Origin: an uncultured delta proteobacterium
GTDB taxonomy: Bacteria > Myxococcota_A > UBA9160 > SZUA-336
DNA length: 64,000 bases
Direction: 5' to 3'
Assembly (NCBI GenBank): GCA_963704165.1
Contig: CAVPHD010000011.1
Span: 96,001 to 160,000, forward strand
Shown here: positions 22,163 to 31,169 of the stretch, piece after piece
How positions within the stretch are numbered: position 1 is the stretch's first letter
Layout of the letters: every line of letters begins with the position of its first letter
Made by a program: the position numbers and the translations under genes
Notes under the pieces: generated by a model
What the model saw: the letters and a program-made list of their open reading frames with translations, nothing else
The model's database searches: none
What the model was told of the DNA's origin: nothing

Positions 22163-22170
22163 TCGCGTCG

Positions 22171-22198
22171 AGATCGGAGTCGGTCCGGCGATGCTTGA
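22171..22198 (-). promoter_or_regulatory. Sigma-28-like promoter (minus-strand regulator)
   Basis: TCAA-N16-TCCGATCT, 8 nt before the ATG. Confidence 0.5.
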
Positions 22199-22223
22199 GC
22201 GTCCGCACGGCCTACCCTACACT
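22195..22223 (+). promoter_or_regulatory. Sigma-70 promoter (plus-strand regulator)
   Basis: TTGAGC-N17-TACACT. Confidence 0.55.
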
Positions 22224-22244
22224 GCGGAGCGGCGGGGGGGACGC

Positions 22245-23669
22245 GTGAATCGCAGCTCGACGGCTTGCGGCTCGGTTCTGGTCGTGGACGACGATGCGCT
22301 GTTCCGCGCCGCGCTCGTTCGCTACCTCGAAGGCGATGGCTTCGCCGTCGTCGCGGAGGGCGACCCGGGCGCCGCGATCGAACGTCTCGAGCAGCGCCCC
22401 TTCGATCTCGTCATCACCGACATGCGCATGCCGGGGATGGACGGCATCGCCTTCGTCCGACGCGTTCGCGCGATCGATCCCGAGGCCGTCTGCATCGTCG
22501 TCACCGGCTTCGGCAGTCCCGAGCGCTCGATCGAGGCCCTCGACGCAGGCGCGTTCTGGTTCATCGAGAAGAGCTACGAGCGACTCGCCTGCCTCGCGCC
22601 GCTGATCGCGAAGGCCATCGAATTCCGGCGCCTGCACGGCGCGAACCGCCAGCTGCAGCGTCAGCTCGAAACTCGTTACGGCTTCGAGAACATCGTCGGC
22701 GAGAGCGAAGCGCTGCGCGACACGCTCGAAATCGTGCGAAAAGTCGCGGACTCGGAAGCGACGGTCCTCGTCCTCGGCGAGAGCGGCGTCGGCAAGGAAC
22801 TGGTGGCGCGCGCGATCCACTACAACAGCCCGCGCGCGCAGCGCCCGTTCGTCGCCGTGAACTGCGGCGCGATCCCCGAGGAATTGCTCGAGAGCGAGCT
22901 CTTCGGACACGTGCGCGGCGCCTTCACCGGCGCGCTCCGCGACCGGATCGGGCGGTTCAGTGCGGCGAACGGCGGCACGCTCTTCCTCGACGAGATCGGC
23001 GACATGAGTCCGCAGCTCCAGACCAAGCTCTTGCGCGCGATCCAGGAGCGCGAGTTCGAGCCGGTCGGCTCGTCACGGACCGAGCGCGTGGACGTGCGCA
23101 TCGTCGCCGCCACGAATCAGAACCTGCCGCAGCTGATTCGCGAGCGGCGATTCCGCGAGGATCTCTACTTCCGACTGGCGGTGGTTCCGATCGAGGTACC
23201 CGCACTGCGCCACCGGCGAGAGGACATTCCGCTCCTCGTCCGATCCTTCATCGAAGTGCAGCGGCGTGCCTACCCCGAGATCCAGGGCGTGACGGAGGCC
23301 GCGGTGAAGCGGCTGGTCGAGTACGACTGGCCGGGAAACGTGCGCGAGCTTCAAGCGCTGATCGAACGGCTCACGATTCTGCGTCGGAGCGGTTGGATCG
23401 ACGAGCCCGAGCTTCCGTCGAACATCGCCGGGAACGGCCTCGAGCGGCCGATCGTGTCGCTGCCGGCCACGGGGGTCGATTTCGAAGCCTTGGTTTCCTC
23501 GTATGAGCACGAGCTGATCGTGCAGGCGCTCGAGGCGACGGCCTGGAACAAGAACCGCGCATCGCAGCTGCTCGGGCTCAAGCGCACGACCCTGGTCGAG
23601 AAGATCCGATCGAAGGGCATCGCCGCGCCAGACTCCGATCCGCCTCCGGACCGGCCGCGGTCGAGATAG
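22245..23669 (+). CDS. Sigma-54-dependent response regulator with FleQ-like HTH
   Basis: REC, GESGVGKE, GAFTGA, HTH LKRTTLVEK. Confidence 0.9.
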   Translation: MNRSSTACGSVLVVDDDALFRAALVRYLEGDGFAVVAEGDPGAAIERLEQRPFDLVITDMRMPGMDGIAFVRRVRAIDPEAVCIVVTGFGSPERSIEALDAGAFWFIEKSYERLACLAPLIAKAIEFRRLHGANRQLQRQLETRYGFENIVGESEALRDTLEIVRKVADSEATVLVLGESGVGKELVARAIHYNSPRAQRPFVAVNCGAIPEELLESELFGHVRGAFTGALRDRIGRFSAANGGTLFLDEIGDMSPQLQTKLLRAIQEREFEPVGSSRTERVDVRIVAATNQNLPQLIRERRFREDLYFRLAVVPIEVPALRHRREDIPLLVRSFIEVQRRAYPEIQGVTEAAVKRLVEYDWPGNVRELQALIERLTILRRSGWIDEPELPSNIAGNGLERPIVSLPATGVDFEALVSSYEHELIVQALEATAWNKNRASQLLGLKRTTLVEKIRSKGIAAPDSDPPPDRPRSR

Positions 23670-23733
23670 GGGTCCGTACACGCGCAGAACGCCACGCAAA
23701 GCCGGACCGAGTGACGCCGGTGTCGCGCGCTGC

Positions 23734-23760
23734 TAAAGAAGTCGAGCGCGGCACCGATGC
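23734..23760 (+). promoter_or_regulatory. Sigma-28 promoter upstream of flgM
   Basis: TAAA-N15-ACCGATGC versus consensus TAAA-N15-GCCGATAA. Confidence 0.65.
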
Positions 23761-23789
23761 GGGAATCAGGGCCACCCGAAGGAGCCAGC

Positions 23790-24029
23790 ATGGCCAAGCG
23801 CGACGAACGAGGCCGGACCCCGAGCGAGCCGGGTCCCGCTTCCGACGAATCCCAGCTCGACGACCTCTACTCGGTCGAGTACCTGGCCGACGTCGCCGGC
23901 GGCAATGCCCGCGCCGAGCGCCTCGAAGAGTTGAAGCGTCGAATCGCACTCGGCGCGTACCATCCCGCCGCCGATGCGATCGCGGCCGACATGCTGTCCC
24001 GGGTCGGGCTCGGGTCCGACGAGGACTGA
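23790..24029 (+). CDS. flgM: FlgM-like anti-sigma-28 factor
   Basis: RAERLEELKRRIALGAYHPAADAIAADML matches the FlgM C-terminal sigma-binding motif; AAGGAG RBS. Confidence 0.7.
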   Translation: MAKRDERGRTPSEPGPASDESQLDDLYSVEYLADVAGGNARAERLEELKRRIALGAYHPAADAIAADMLSRVGLGSDED

Positions 24030-24049
24030 AGCGACGCCCTGACGCTCCG

Positions 24050-24772
24050 CTAGCCCTCGACGGCGACCAGCACGACGGTCGAGTTGTCGTCGCCTCCACT
24101 GTCGTTCGCGAGCGCTACGAGCGAAGCGGCCGCGCTCGCGAGCCCGCCGGTCCGCGACTCGAGACAGCGATTGATCTCCGCATCCGTGAGCTGCGAGGAA
24201 ATCCCGTCCGAACAGAGCACGAACAAGTCTCCCGGACGAGCGTGGATGGCGGTGACGTCGGGCTCGACCCAGGGAACCACCCCGAGCGCACGCGTGATGA
24301 CGTGACGGCTCGGGTGGCTGCGCGCCTGCTCGGGGCTGAGCTCGCCTCTCGCGACGCGTTCCCCCACGAGCGAATGGTCGAGCGTGAGCGGGCGCAGCTG
24401 TCCGTCGCGATGCAGGTACATGCGGCTGTCGCCGGCGTGCGCGAGCACCGCCTCGTCGTCGCGCAGCCAGAGCGCCGCGAGCGTGGTGCCCATGCCGAGC
24501 AGGCCAGCTTCCGCGTGTGCGGCCTCGTAGATCGCCTCGCTGGCGCAGGTGACCGCTTCTCGCAGAACCTCCGCGGCGCGGCCTTCCGGGTCCCGGCTCA
24601 CCGCCTCGACGAAGACGCCGACGCCCAACTCCGACGCGCGCCGCCCGGCCGCGTGGCCGCCGAGCCCGTCGGCGACGACGAACAGGCCGAGCTTCTCTTC
24701 GAGCGCGTAGAAATCCTCGTTCGCGGTGCGCTTGCGCCCGGTGTCCGTACATGCAGAGACGGAGAATCGCAT
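24050..24772 (-). CDS. PP2C-family Ser/Thr protein phosphatase
   Basis: TDTGRKRTANED, VADGLGGH, GTT, HAGDSR, LCSDG, DDNST. Confidence 0.95.
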   Translation of the reverse strand: MRFSVSACTDTGRKRTANEDFYALEEKLGLFVVADGLGGHAAGRRASELGVGVFVEAVSRDPEGRAAEVLREAVTCASEAIYEAAHAEAGLLGMGTTLAALWLRDDEAVLAHAGDSRMYLHRDGQLRPLTLDHSLVGERVARGELSPEQARSHPSRHVITRALGVVPWVEPDVTAIHARPGDLFVLCSDGISSQLTDAEINRCLESRTGGLASAAASLVALANDSGGDDNSTVVLVAVEG

Positions 24773-24805
24773 GCGGCGAGCGCTCCTCGGCGGACCTGGC
24801 GCTTC

Positions 24806-24833
24806 AGATCGGGATCCGCGCGGGCCAGCTTGA
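24806..24833 (-). promoter_or_regulatory. Sigma-28-like promoter (PP2C)
   Basis: TCAA-N16-CCCGATCT. Confidence 0.5.
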
Positions 24834-24893
24834 TCCTCGCGGGCGGCGATTTGATATGGTTCGAACGGGTGAGAGAGATATCGGAGCGGGCAT

Positions 24894-24921
24894 TCAATCG
24901 CGTTCGGGTGCGATCCGATAG
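24894..24921 (+). promoter_or_regulatory. Sigma-28-like promoter (romR)
   Basis: TCAA-N16-TCCGATAG. Confidence 0.45.
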
Positions 24922-24974
24922 GTACCGGCAAGTCCGGCCGCTTCGAGTGGCAGGCGCATGGAGGTTAGGGGCCG

Positions 24975-26570
24975 ATGCCTAAGACCCTGCTTCTCGCCGA
25001 CGACAGTGTGACGATCCAGAAAGTCGTCGGGATCACGTTCGCGAACGAAGATGTCGAGCTCGTCACCGTGGACAACGGCGACGATGCGCTCGTGCGTGCG
25101 CGCCAGATCAAACCCGATCTCGTGCTCGCCGACATCGGTATGCCCGGGCTCGACGGATACGCGCTCTGCGAGGCGATCCGTCAGGATCCGGACCTCGCGA
25201 ATACGCCGGTGCTTCTGCTGACCGGGACCTTCGAGACCTACGACGAGGACCGCGCTCACGAGGTCGGCGCGAGCGGCCACATCAGCAAGCCGTTCGAGGC
25301 GCAGGCGCTCGTCGATCGCGTCCTCACGATGATCGCGCAGAGCGAAGCGGCCGCCGCGTCCCGTCCTTCGCCACCGACGCAACCGATTCTCGCGCCGGCT
25401 TCACCGCCCATGACGAGCGCGCCCGAGATGGCCGCTCGGCCGCGCCCCGAGCTCCCACCTCTTCCGGGCGCGAGCGTCTCGAACGCGGCGCGTCCCTCCA
25501 AGCCGCGCGCGACCTCGACGTTCGACTTCGACGTCACGCCCGATCCGAGTGTCGAAGTCCCCGCCGTCGCGGAGCCGCTCTGGGAGCCCGGACCGGACTT
25601 CGAAGCACACGACGATTCCCCGGCACGCCGGGTCCACGCTTCGCTCGAGCCCTCGGAGGAAGCCCCGTCCCCGGACGCGACCCACCTGTTCTCGCCCGAA
25701 GCCGTCCGTGCGCCCGCTCGGCCTCCGGCCGCAGTGGAGCCCTTGCACGCGGCCGCTCCCGCGCGATCGGACTTCTCGTTCGAGGACCTCGACTTCGAGG
25801 AGCCCACCGCACCGCCAGGAAGCCACACAGAGATCTTCGGCGAGAACTCGGGTCCGCTCGCTGCGGAAACCGTGGTCGCGATCCGCGAGACGCCGAGGTT
25901 GGACGCGCCCGCCCCGATCACGGCACCCGCGCTCCCCGACCTGCTCAGAGATGACGAGATCACGGCGCCGAGCCAGGACCTCTCCGCGCTGGACTTCTCC
26001 GACGCCGAGCCCGAGATCGAGGCCGAGCCGCTCGACGAGGACGACCCGTTCGGAGAGCCGTTCTCGCCCGACACCTCCGCAGCCCTCGCCGAACCCGAGT
26101 TCGCCCCGGTTCGAACGCGCGGCGCCGAATCGACGCCCGCCCCCGAAGCCACGCGACTTCTCGCGCAGGCCGACGCGCTCGACGCGAACGAGGACGGGCT
26201 CGAGCTCGACGGCGATCTGCTCGACGTCGAGCCGATACCGGAGCTGCCGATGTCGGAGCCGCCGGAAGAGCTCGACGCGTGGAGCGACGTCCACGAACCG
26301 GTAGAGCCGGACCCGCGCCCGACGGCTCCGCTGAACACGGCATCGCGACCGACGGATTCCGGACGCACGACCGCACCGATCATCGACTCCACGCTCCTTT
26401 CCCAGACACTGGAGAAGGTCGCGTGGGAGGCGTTCGGCTCGCTCTCGGAGCAGGTCGTGAACGAGGTCCGCAAGCGCGTCGAGGCCGTGGTCTGGGAAGT
26501 CGTTCCGCAGATGTGCGAGCGGCTGATCCGCGAAGAGATCGCTCGACTCAAGGCCGAGCTGCCGGAGTAG
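24975..26570 (+). CDS. romR: RomR-like polarity response regulator
   Basis: REC MPKTLLLADDSVTIQKVV...KPFEAQAL, long Pro/acidic linker, C-terminal WEVVPQMCERLIREEIARL helix like M. xanthus RomR. Confidence 0.85.
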   Translation: MPKTLLLADDSVTIQKVVGITFANEDVELVTVDNGDDALVRARQIKPDLVLADIGMPGLDGYALCEAIRQDPDLANTPVLLLTGTFETYDEDRAHEVGASGHISKPFEAQALVDRVLTMIAQSEAAAASRPSPPTQPILAPASPPMTSAPEMAARPRPELPPLPGASVSNAARPSKPRATSTFDFDVTPDPSVEVPAVAEPLWEPGPDFEAHDDSPARRVHASLEPSEEAPSPDATHLFSPEAVRAPARPPAAVEPLHAAAPARSDFSFEDLDFEEPTAPPGSHTEIFGENSGPLAAETVVAIRETPRLDAPAPITAPALPDLLRDDEITAPSQDLSALDFSDAEPEIEAEPLDEDDPFGEPFSPDTSAALAEPEFAPVRTRGAESTPAPEATRLLAQADALDANEDGLELDGDLLDVEPIPELPMSEPPEELDAWSDVHEPVEPDPRPTAPLNTASRPTDSGRTTAPIIDSTLLSQTLEKVAWEAFGSLSEQVVNEVRKRVEAVVWEVVPQMCERLIREEIARLKAELPE

Positions 26571-26595
26571 CGCTGCACGGCTATCCTGCGAAGCC

Positions 26596-27447
26596 GTGAC
26601 GAACGTGCCCTCGCGTGCGACCTGGATCTGGCTCGTCGAAGCGGCGCTCGCCGAGGACATCGGACCGGGCGACGCGACCTCCCAGGCGCTGCTCGCGCCC
26701 GACGCGCTCGGCGAAGCGCAGCTCGAGGCGCGGGCCGCGATCGTGGTCTCCGGGCTCGAAATCGCCCGCGAGGTCTTCGCGCTTCGCGGCGTCAGCTGCG
26801 ACCTGCTCGTCGCCGACGGCGCCTCCGCGTCGAGCGGTGACGTGCTCGCCCGCGTTCGCGGACCGGCGATCGGAATCCTCGAGGCCGAACGCACCGCGCT
26901 GAATTTCGTGCAGCGCCTCTCGGGAGTCGCGACGCTGACCCGGCGCTACTGCGAAGCCGTGCGAGGAACGAAGGCCGAGATCGTCGATACGCGAAAGACG
27001 ACGCCGGGCTGGCGCACGCTCGAGAAGTGGGCGGTGCGCTGCGGCGGCGGACGCAATCACCGGCTCGCGCTGTACGACGGCATCCTGATCAAGGACAACC
27101 ACATCGCCGCGGTCGGCGGAGCGGGTGCGGCGGTGACACGCGCGCGCGAGCGCGGCTCGCGCCACCTGCGCATCCGCTGTGAAGTCGAGTCGGTCGCGCA
27201 GGCGCGCGAGGCCCTCGACGCCGGCGCGGATTCACTGCTCGTCGACAATCAGCTTCCCGCCGTGATCGCGAAGATCGTCGAGCTCTGCGCCGGGCGCGCG
27301 CGCGTCGAAGCGAGCGGCGGGGTCAACCTCGACACCGTCGGAGCGATCGCGCGCACGGGCGTGGACGAGATCTCGGTCGGCGCGCTGACTCACTCCGCAC
27401 CCGCCGCTGACGTCGCGTTGGAATGGAACGCGCCCTCGAAAGCCTGA
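26596..27447 (+). CDS. nadC: Nicotinate-nucleotide pyrophosphorylase
   Basis: ERTALNF, DTRKTTPG, LIKDNH, EASGG, SVGALTHS. Confidence 0.95.
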   Translation: MTNVPSRATWIWLVEAALAEDIGPGDATSQALLAPDALGEAQLEARAAIVVSGLEIAREVFALRGVSCDLLVADGASASSGDVLARVRGPAIGILEAERTALNFVQRLSGVATLTRRYCEAVRGTKAEIVDTRKTTPGWRTLEKWAVRCGGGRNHRLALYDGILIKDNHIAAVGGAGAAVTRARERGSRHLRIRCEVESVAQAREALDAGADSLLVDNQLPAVIAKIVELCAGRARVEASGGVNLDTVGAIARTGVDEISVGALTHSAPAADVALEWNAPSKA

Positions 27448-28226
27448 AGCCGCGCACGCGCTGGCTCGGGCGACAGCTCGAGATCCACGACGTCGCGGAT
27501 TCGACCAACCGGATCGCCGAGCAGCGCGGAGTCGAGGGCGCGGCGGATGGGCTCGTCGTGATCGCCGACCGGCAGACGGCGGGCCGCGGCCGCCTCGGCC
27601 GGACGTTCTTCTCCCCCGGCGGGCGCAGCCTGTACCTGTCGGCGCTTCTCCGCGCGGAGCTGCCGATCGAGCACATGCACCAGCACGTCTTCGCAGCGGC
27701 GGTGGCGGTCTCGGAGTGCGTGCGCGAAGTCCTGCCGGCGAGCTGCCGGGTCGAGGTCAAGTGGCCCAACGACGTGCTGATCGACGGCCGCAAGACGAGC
27801 GGCATCAACTGCCCGGTCCAGCTACTCGGCGGCCGCGTTCACTTCGGGGTCCTCGGCGTGGGTGTGAACGTGAACCTCGAGGCCAGCGAGCTTCCCGACG
27901 AGCTGCGCGAGATCGCCACGAGCCTGCGCATCGCGGGCGGCAAGTCCCTGGACCGCGTAGCGTTCGGCGAGACGCTGCTCGCGCGCCTCGAGACCGAGAT
28001 CGACGCGGTCCGGTCCGGCGCGTTCGAGGGGGTCTTGGAGCGCTTTCGCAGATCGTTCACAATGACGGGCAAGCAGGTCCGCGTCGGCGGACCCGGGCTC
28101 GCCCGCGAGGTGATCGGGACGGTGCACGGCTTGGATCATGATGGCGCATTGCTGGTCGAACCCCGGGGGGGCCCGGTCGAGCGGATCCTCGCCGGCGACG
28201 TGACGATCGTACGCGGGGAGAGGTAG
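27423..28226 (+). CDS. birA: Biotin--protein ligase
   Basis: STN, QTAGRGRLGR, KWPND. Confidence 0.95.
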   Translation: MERALESLKPRTRWLGRQLEIHDVADSTNRIAEQRGVEGAADGLVVIADRQTAGRGRLGRTFFSPGGRSLYLSALLRAELPIEHMHQHVFAAAVAVSECVREVLPASCRVEVKWPNDVLIDGRKTSGINCPVQLLGGRVHFGVLGVGVNVNLEASELPDELREIATSLRIAGGKSLDRVAFGETLLARLETEIDAVRSGAFEGVLERFRRSFTMTGKQVRVGGPGLAREVIGTVHGLDHDGALLVEPRGGPVERILAGDVTIVRGER

Positions 28227-28232
28227 CCCGGC

Positions 28233-29018
28233 GTGCTGCTGACCATCGACATCGGCAACACGCACGTCGTCCTCGGGCTCTTCGACGGCGAGACGCTCGT
28301 GCACCACTGGCGCATCGGCACGCACCGCCAGGACACCTCCGACGAGTGCGCCGCGACGCTGCGCGCGCTCTTCGACCTCGCCGGCGTGGATCGCGGTTCC
28401 ATCTCGGACGCGATCATCTCCTGCGTCGTCCCGCCGCTTCAGCCGATCTTCGAGCGGACCTGCGAGAAGCTGCTTCGCCGCGCGCCGCTGATCGTCGGCC
28501 CCGGCATCCGCACGGGCATGCCGATCCGCGTCGACAACCCGCGCGAGGTCGGAGCCGACCGGATCGTGAACGCGGTGGCCACGATCGAGCGGGTCGGGAC
28601 CCCCGCGATCTCGATCGACTTCGGCACGGCGACGACCTTCGACTGCATCTCCAGCTCCGGCGAGTTCGTCGGTGGCGCGATCTGTCCGGGCGTCTTCGTT
28701 TCGCTCGAGGCGCTGGTCGCCCGCGCATCGAAGCTCTCGTCGGTCGAAATCGTGCGCCCCCCCCAGGTGATCGGGCGGAACACCGCGCACAACCTCCAGT
28801 CGGGCATGGTCTTCGGCTACGCCGGGATGGTCGACACGATGGTGCGTCGCATCCGCAAAGAACTCGGCGAGGACGCCCGCGTCCTTGCGACGGGCGGACT
28901 CGCCGGACTGATCGCGAGCGAAGCCGAGACGATCGAGCGCGTGGAGCCCTTCCTGACCCTGGAAGGGCTTCGCCTCATCTACACGCGAAACCGGGACCCT
29001 GGGAGTCGCGGTGACTGA
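28233..29018 (+). CDS. coaX: Type III pantothenate kinase
   Basis: DIGNT, VGADR, DFGTATT, ATGG. Confidence 0.95.
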   Translation: MLLTIDIGNTHVVLGLFDGETLVHHWRIGTHRQDTSDECAATLRALFDLAGVDRGSISDAIISCVVPPLQPIFERTCEKLLRRAPLIVGPGIRTGMPIRVDNPREVGADRIVNAVATIERVGTPAISIDFGTATTFDCISSSGEFVGGAICPGVFVSLEALVARASKLSSVEIVRPPQVIGRNTAHNLQSGMVFGYAGMVDTMVRRIRKELGEDARVLATGGLAGLIASEAETIERVEPFLTLEGLRLIYTRNRDPGSRGD

Positions 29019-29049
29019 GAGACCCACCAGACCGAACTGAGGAGGGACC

Positions 29050-31131
29050 ATGGGTAGCACCGACGCGAGCCGCAGCATCAACTTCGCTCTGATCGGGCAC
29101 GCCGGCGACGGCAAGACGACGCTCGCCGACTCGCTACTCGTGGCGGCCGGGGTGATCAACCGGCTCGGTCGCGTCGATGACGGCACCTCCTTCATGAACT
29201 GGCTGCCCGAAGAGAAGCACCGGCGCGCGAGCATCTCGACGTCGGTCTGCTCGTTCGGCTGGGACGAGGCCGAGTTCACGATCCTCGACGCCCCCGGAGA
29301 CGCGAACTTCGCGGGCGAGATGCGCGGCGCGATCGCCGCCGCCGACAACGCCGTGCTCGTGCTCAACGCACAAGACGGCGTCCGTGTCGGGACCGAGCGC
29401 GCCTACAACTACGCACGCGAGCACGGGCTCGGACTCGCCGCGGTCGCGAACAAGATGGACCTCGAGCGGGCCGACTACGACGCCTGCGCGAACCAGCTCC
29501 AGGAGACGCTCGGCGTGCGCGTCGTCAAGCTGCACCTGCCGATCGGCCGTGGCGAGGGATTCCGAGGTTTCGTCAACCTACTCACCGGCCACGCGCACCA
29601 TCTCGATGCGAACGGAAAGCTCGTGATGGACGAGCCGCCCGCCGAGCTCGCGGACGCGATCGCCTCCGCCCGCCTCGCGATGATCGAGGCGGTCGCCGAA
29701 GCCGACGACGCCCTGCTCGAACGCTATCTGGAGGGCGGCGAGATCTCGGAGGCCGAGATCTTCCAGACGCTGCGCAAGGGCGTGGCCGACGACAGCCTGC
29801 TTCCGCTTCTCTGCGCGGCCAGCGCGCGAAACATCGGCGGCATGGCGCTCTTGATCGCCGCCGATCACGTCTTCCCGACGGCCAGCGAAGCCGTCCCGCG
29901 CAAGGGCCGTCACGACGACGACGAGGTCGTGCTCGAAGCCCAGCCGACGGCTCCGGTCGCCGCGCTGGTCTGGAAGTCCGTCGCGGACCGCTACGCCGGC
30001 ATGCTCTCGCTCCTGCGCGTCTACTCCGGAACGCTGCGCAAGGACATGACTCTGCTCAATCCGCGTACGGGAGCCCGCGAGCGCGTCGGAAAGCTCCTTC
30101 GGCTGCACGGCGAGCAGACCGAGGAGGTGACCGAGGTCCTCCCGGGGCAGATCGCCGCAATCCCCAAACTCAAGGACACGCACACCGGCGACACGCTCTG
30201 CGACGAACGCCACGCGGTCCGGATCGACTCCGATCCGCCGCCGCGCGGGATCATCTCGTTCGCGGTCGAGGCAGAGAACAAGGGCGAAGAGGACAAGGTC
30301 TTCGATGCGCTACACCGTATGGTGGAGGAGGATCACAGCCTCGCGCTGAAGCGGGACGAGCGCACGGGCGAATTCCTGCTCACGGGTCTCGGCCAGCTGC
30401 ACATCGAGGTCACGCTCGAGAAGATCGCGCGGCTCTTCCACGTGAAGATCCTGCTCAAACCACCGAAGATCCCCTACCTCGAGACGCTGAAGGGCCGCGC
30501 CGAGAACGTCGAGGGCAAGCTGAAGAAGCAGTCCGGCGGACGCGGTCAGTTCGGTGTCTGTACCCTCACGGTCGAGCCGGGGGAGCGCGGATCGGGCGTC
30601 GTCTTCCTCGACGAGATCGTCGGAGGTTCGATCCCGCGTCAGTACATCCCGGCCGTCGAGAAGGGCGTGCGCGAGACCTGCGATCGCGGCGTGATCGCCG
30701 GGTACCACCTGACCGACATCCGCATTTCCGTGACCGACGGGAAGTACCACACGGTCGATAGCTCCGAGTACGCGTTCAAGGCCGCGGGCAGCCTCGCGCT
30801 GCGGGCCGCGGTCGCGCGCGCGATGCCGATCCTCCTCGAGCCGATCATGACGCTCTCCGTGGTCGTGCCCGACACCTGCGTCGGCGACGTCATGGGCAAT
30901 CTCAGCAGCCGGCGCGGTCGCGTGCTCGGAGTCGAGGCGCGCGGTCACGCCGAGATCGTCAAGGCGCACGTCCCGATGGCCGAAGTTCTGACGTACGCAT
31001 CGGATCTCACGAGCATGACCGGTGGCCAGGGCAGTTTCGACATGGAGTTCTCCCACTACGAGGAGACACCTGCGGCGATTCAGGACAGGATCGTCGGCGA
31101 GGCCGCGAAGCACCGGCAGGCGGAGGAGTAG
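29050..31131 (+). CDS. fusA: Elongation factor G-like protein (EF-G2 type)
   Basis: GHAGDGKTT, DAPG, NKMD, KKQSGGRGQFG, VDSSE, LLEPIM. Confidence 0.85.
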   Translation: MGSTDASRSINFALIGHAGDGKTTLADSLLVAAGVINRLGRVDDGTSFMNWLPEEKHRRASISTSVCSFGWDEAEFTILDAPGDANFAGEMRGAIAAADNAVLVLNAQDGVRVGTERAYNYAREHGLGLAAVANKMDLERADYDACANQLQETLGVRVVKLHLPIGRGEGFRGFVNLLTGHAHHLDANGKLVMDEPPAELADAIASARLAMIEAVAEADDALLERYLEGGEISEAEIFQTLRKGVADDSLLPLLCAASARNIGGMALLIAADHVFPTASEAVPRKGRHDDDEVVLEAQPTAPVAALVWKSVADRYAGMLSLLRVYSGTLRKDMTLLNPRTGARERVGKLLRLHGEQTEEVTEVLPGQIAAIPKLKDTHTGDTLCDERHAVRIDSDPPPRGIISFAVEAENKGEEDKVFDALHRMVEEDHSLALKRDERTGEFLLTGLGQLHIEVTLEKIARLFHVKILLKPPKIPYLETLKGRAENVEGKLKKQSGGRGQFGVCTLTVEPGERGSGVVFLDEIVGGSIPRQYIPAVEKGVRETCDRGVIAGYHLTDIRISVTDGKYHTVDSSEYAFKAAGSLALRAAVARAMPILLEPIMTLSVVVPDTCVGDVMGNLSSRRGRVLGVEARGHAEIVKAHVPMAEVLTYASDLTSMTGGQGSFDMEFSHYEETPAAIQDRIVGEAAKHRQAEE

Positions 31132-31169
31132 AACGCGCGGGGACGAGCCTCCCCGCAAAGGGAGGACAC

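Noticed and set aside
25360..26390. Low-complexity Pro/Glu/Asp stretch as a repeat element
   Set aside because: It is the disordered linker expected in RomR; no nucleotide-level periodicity seen
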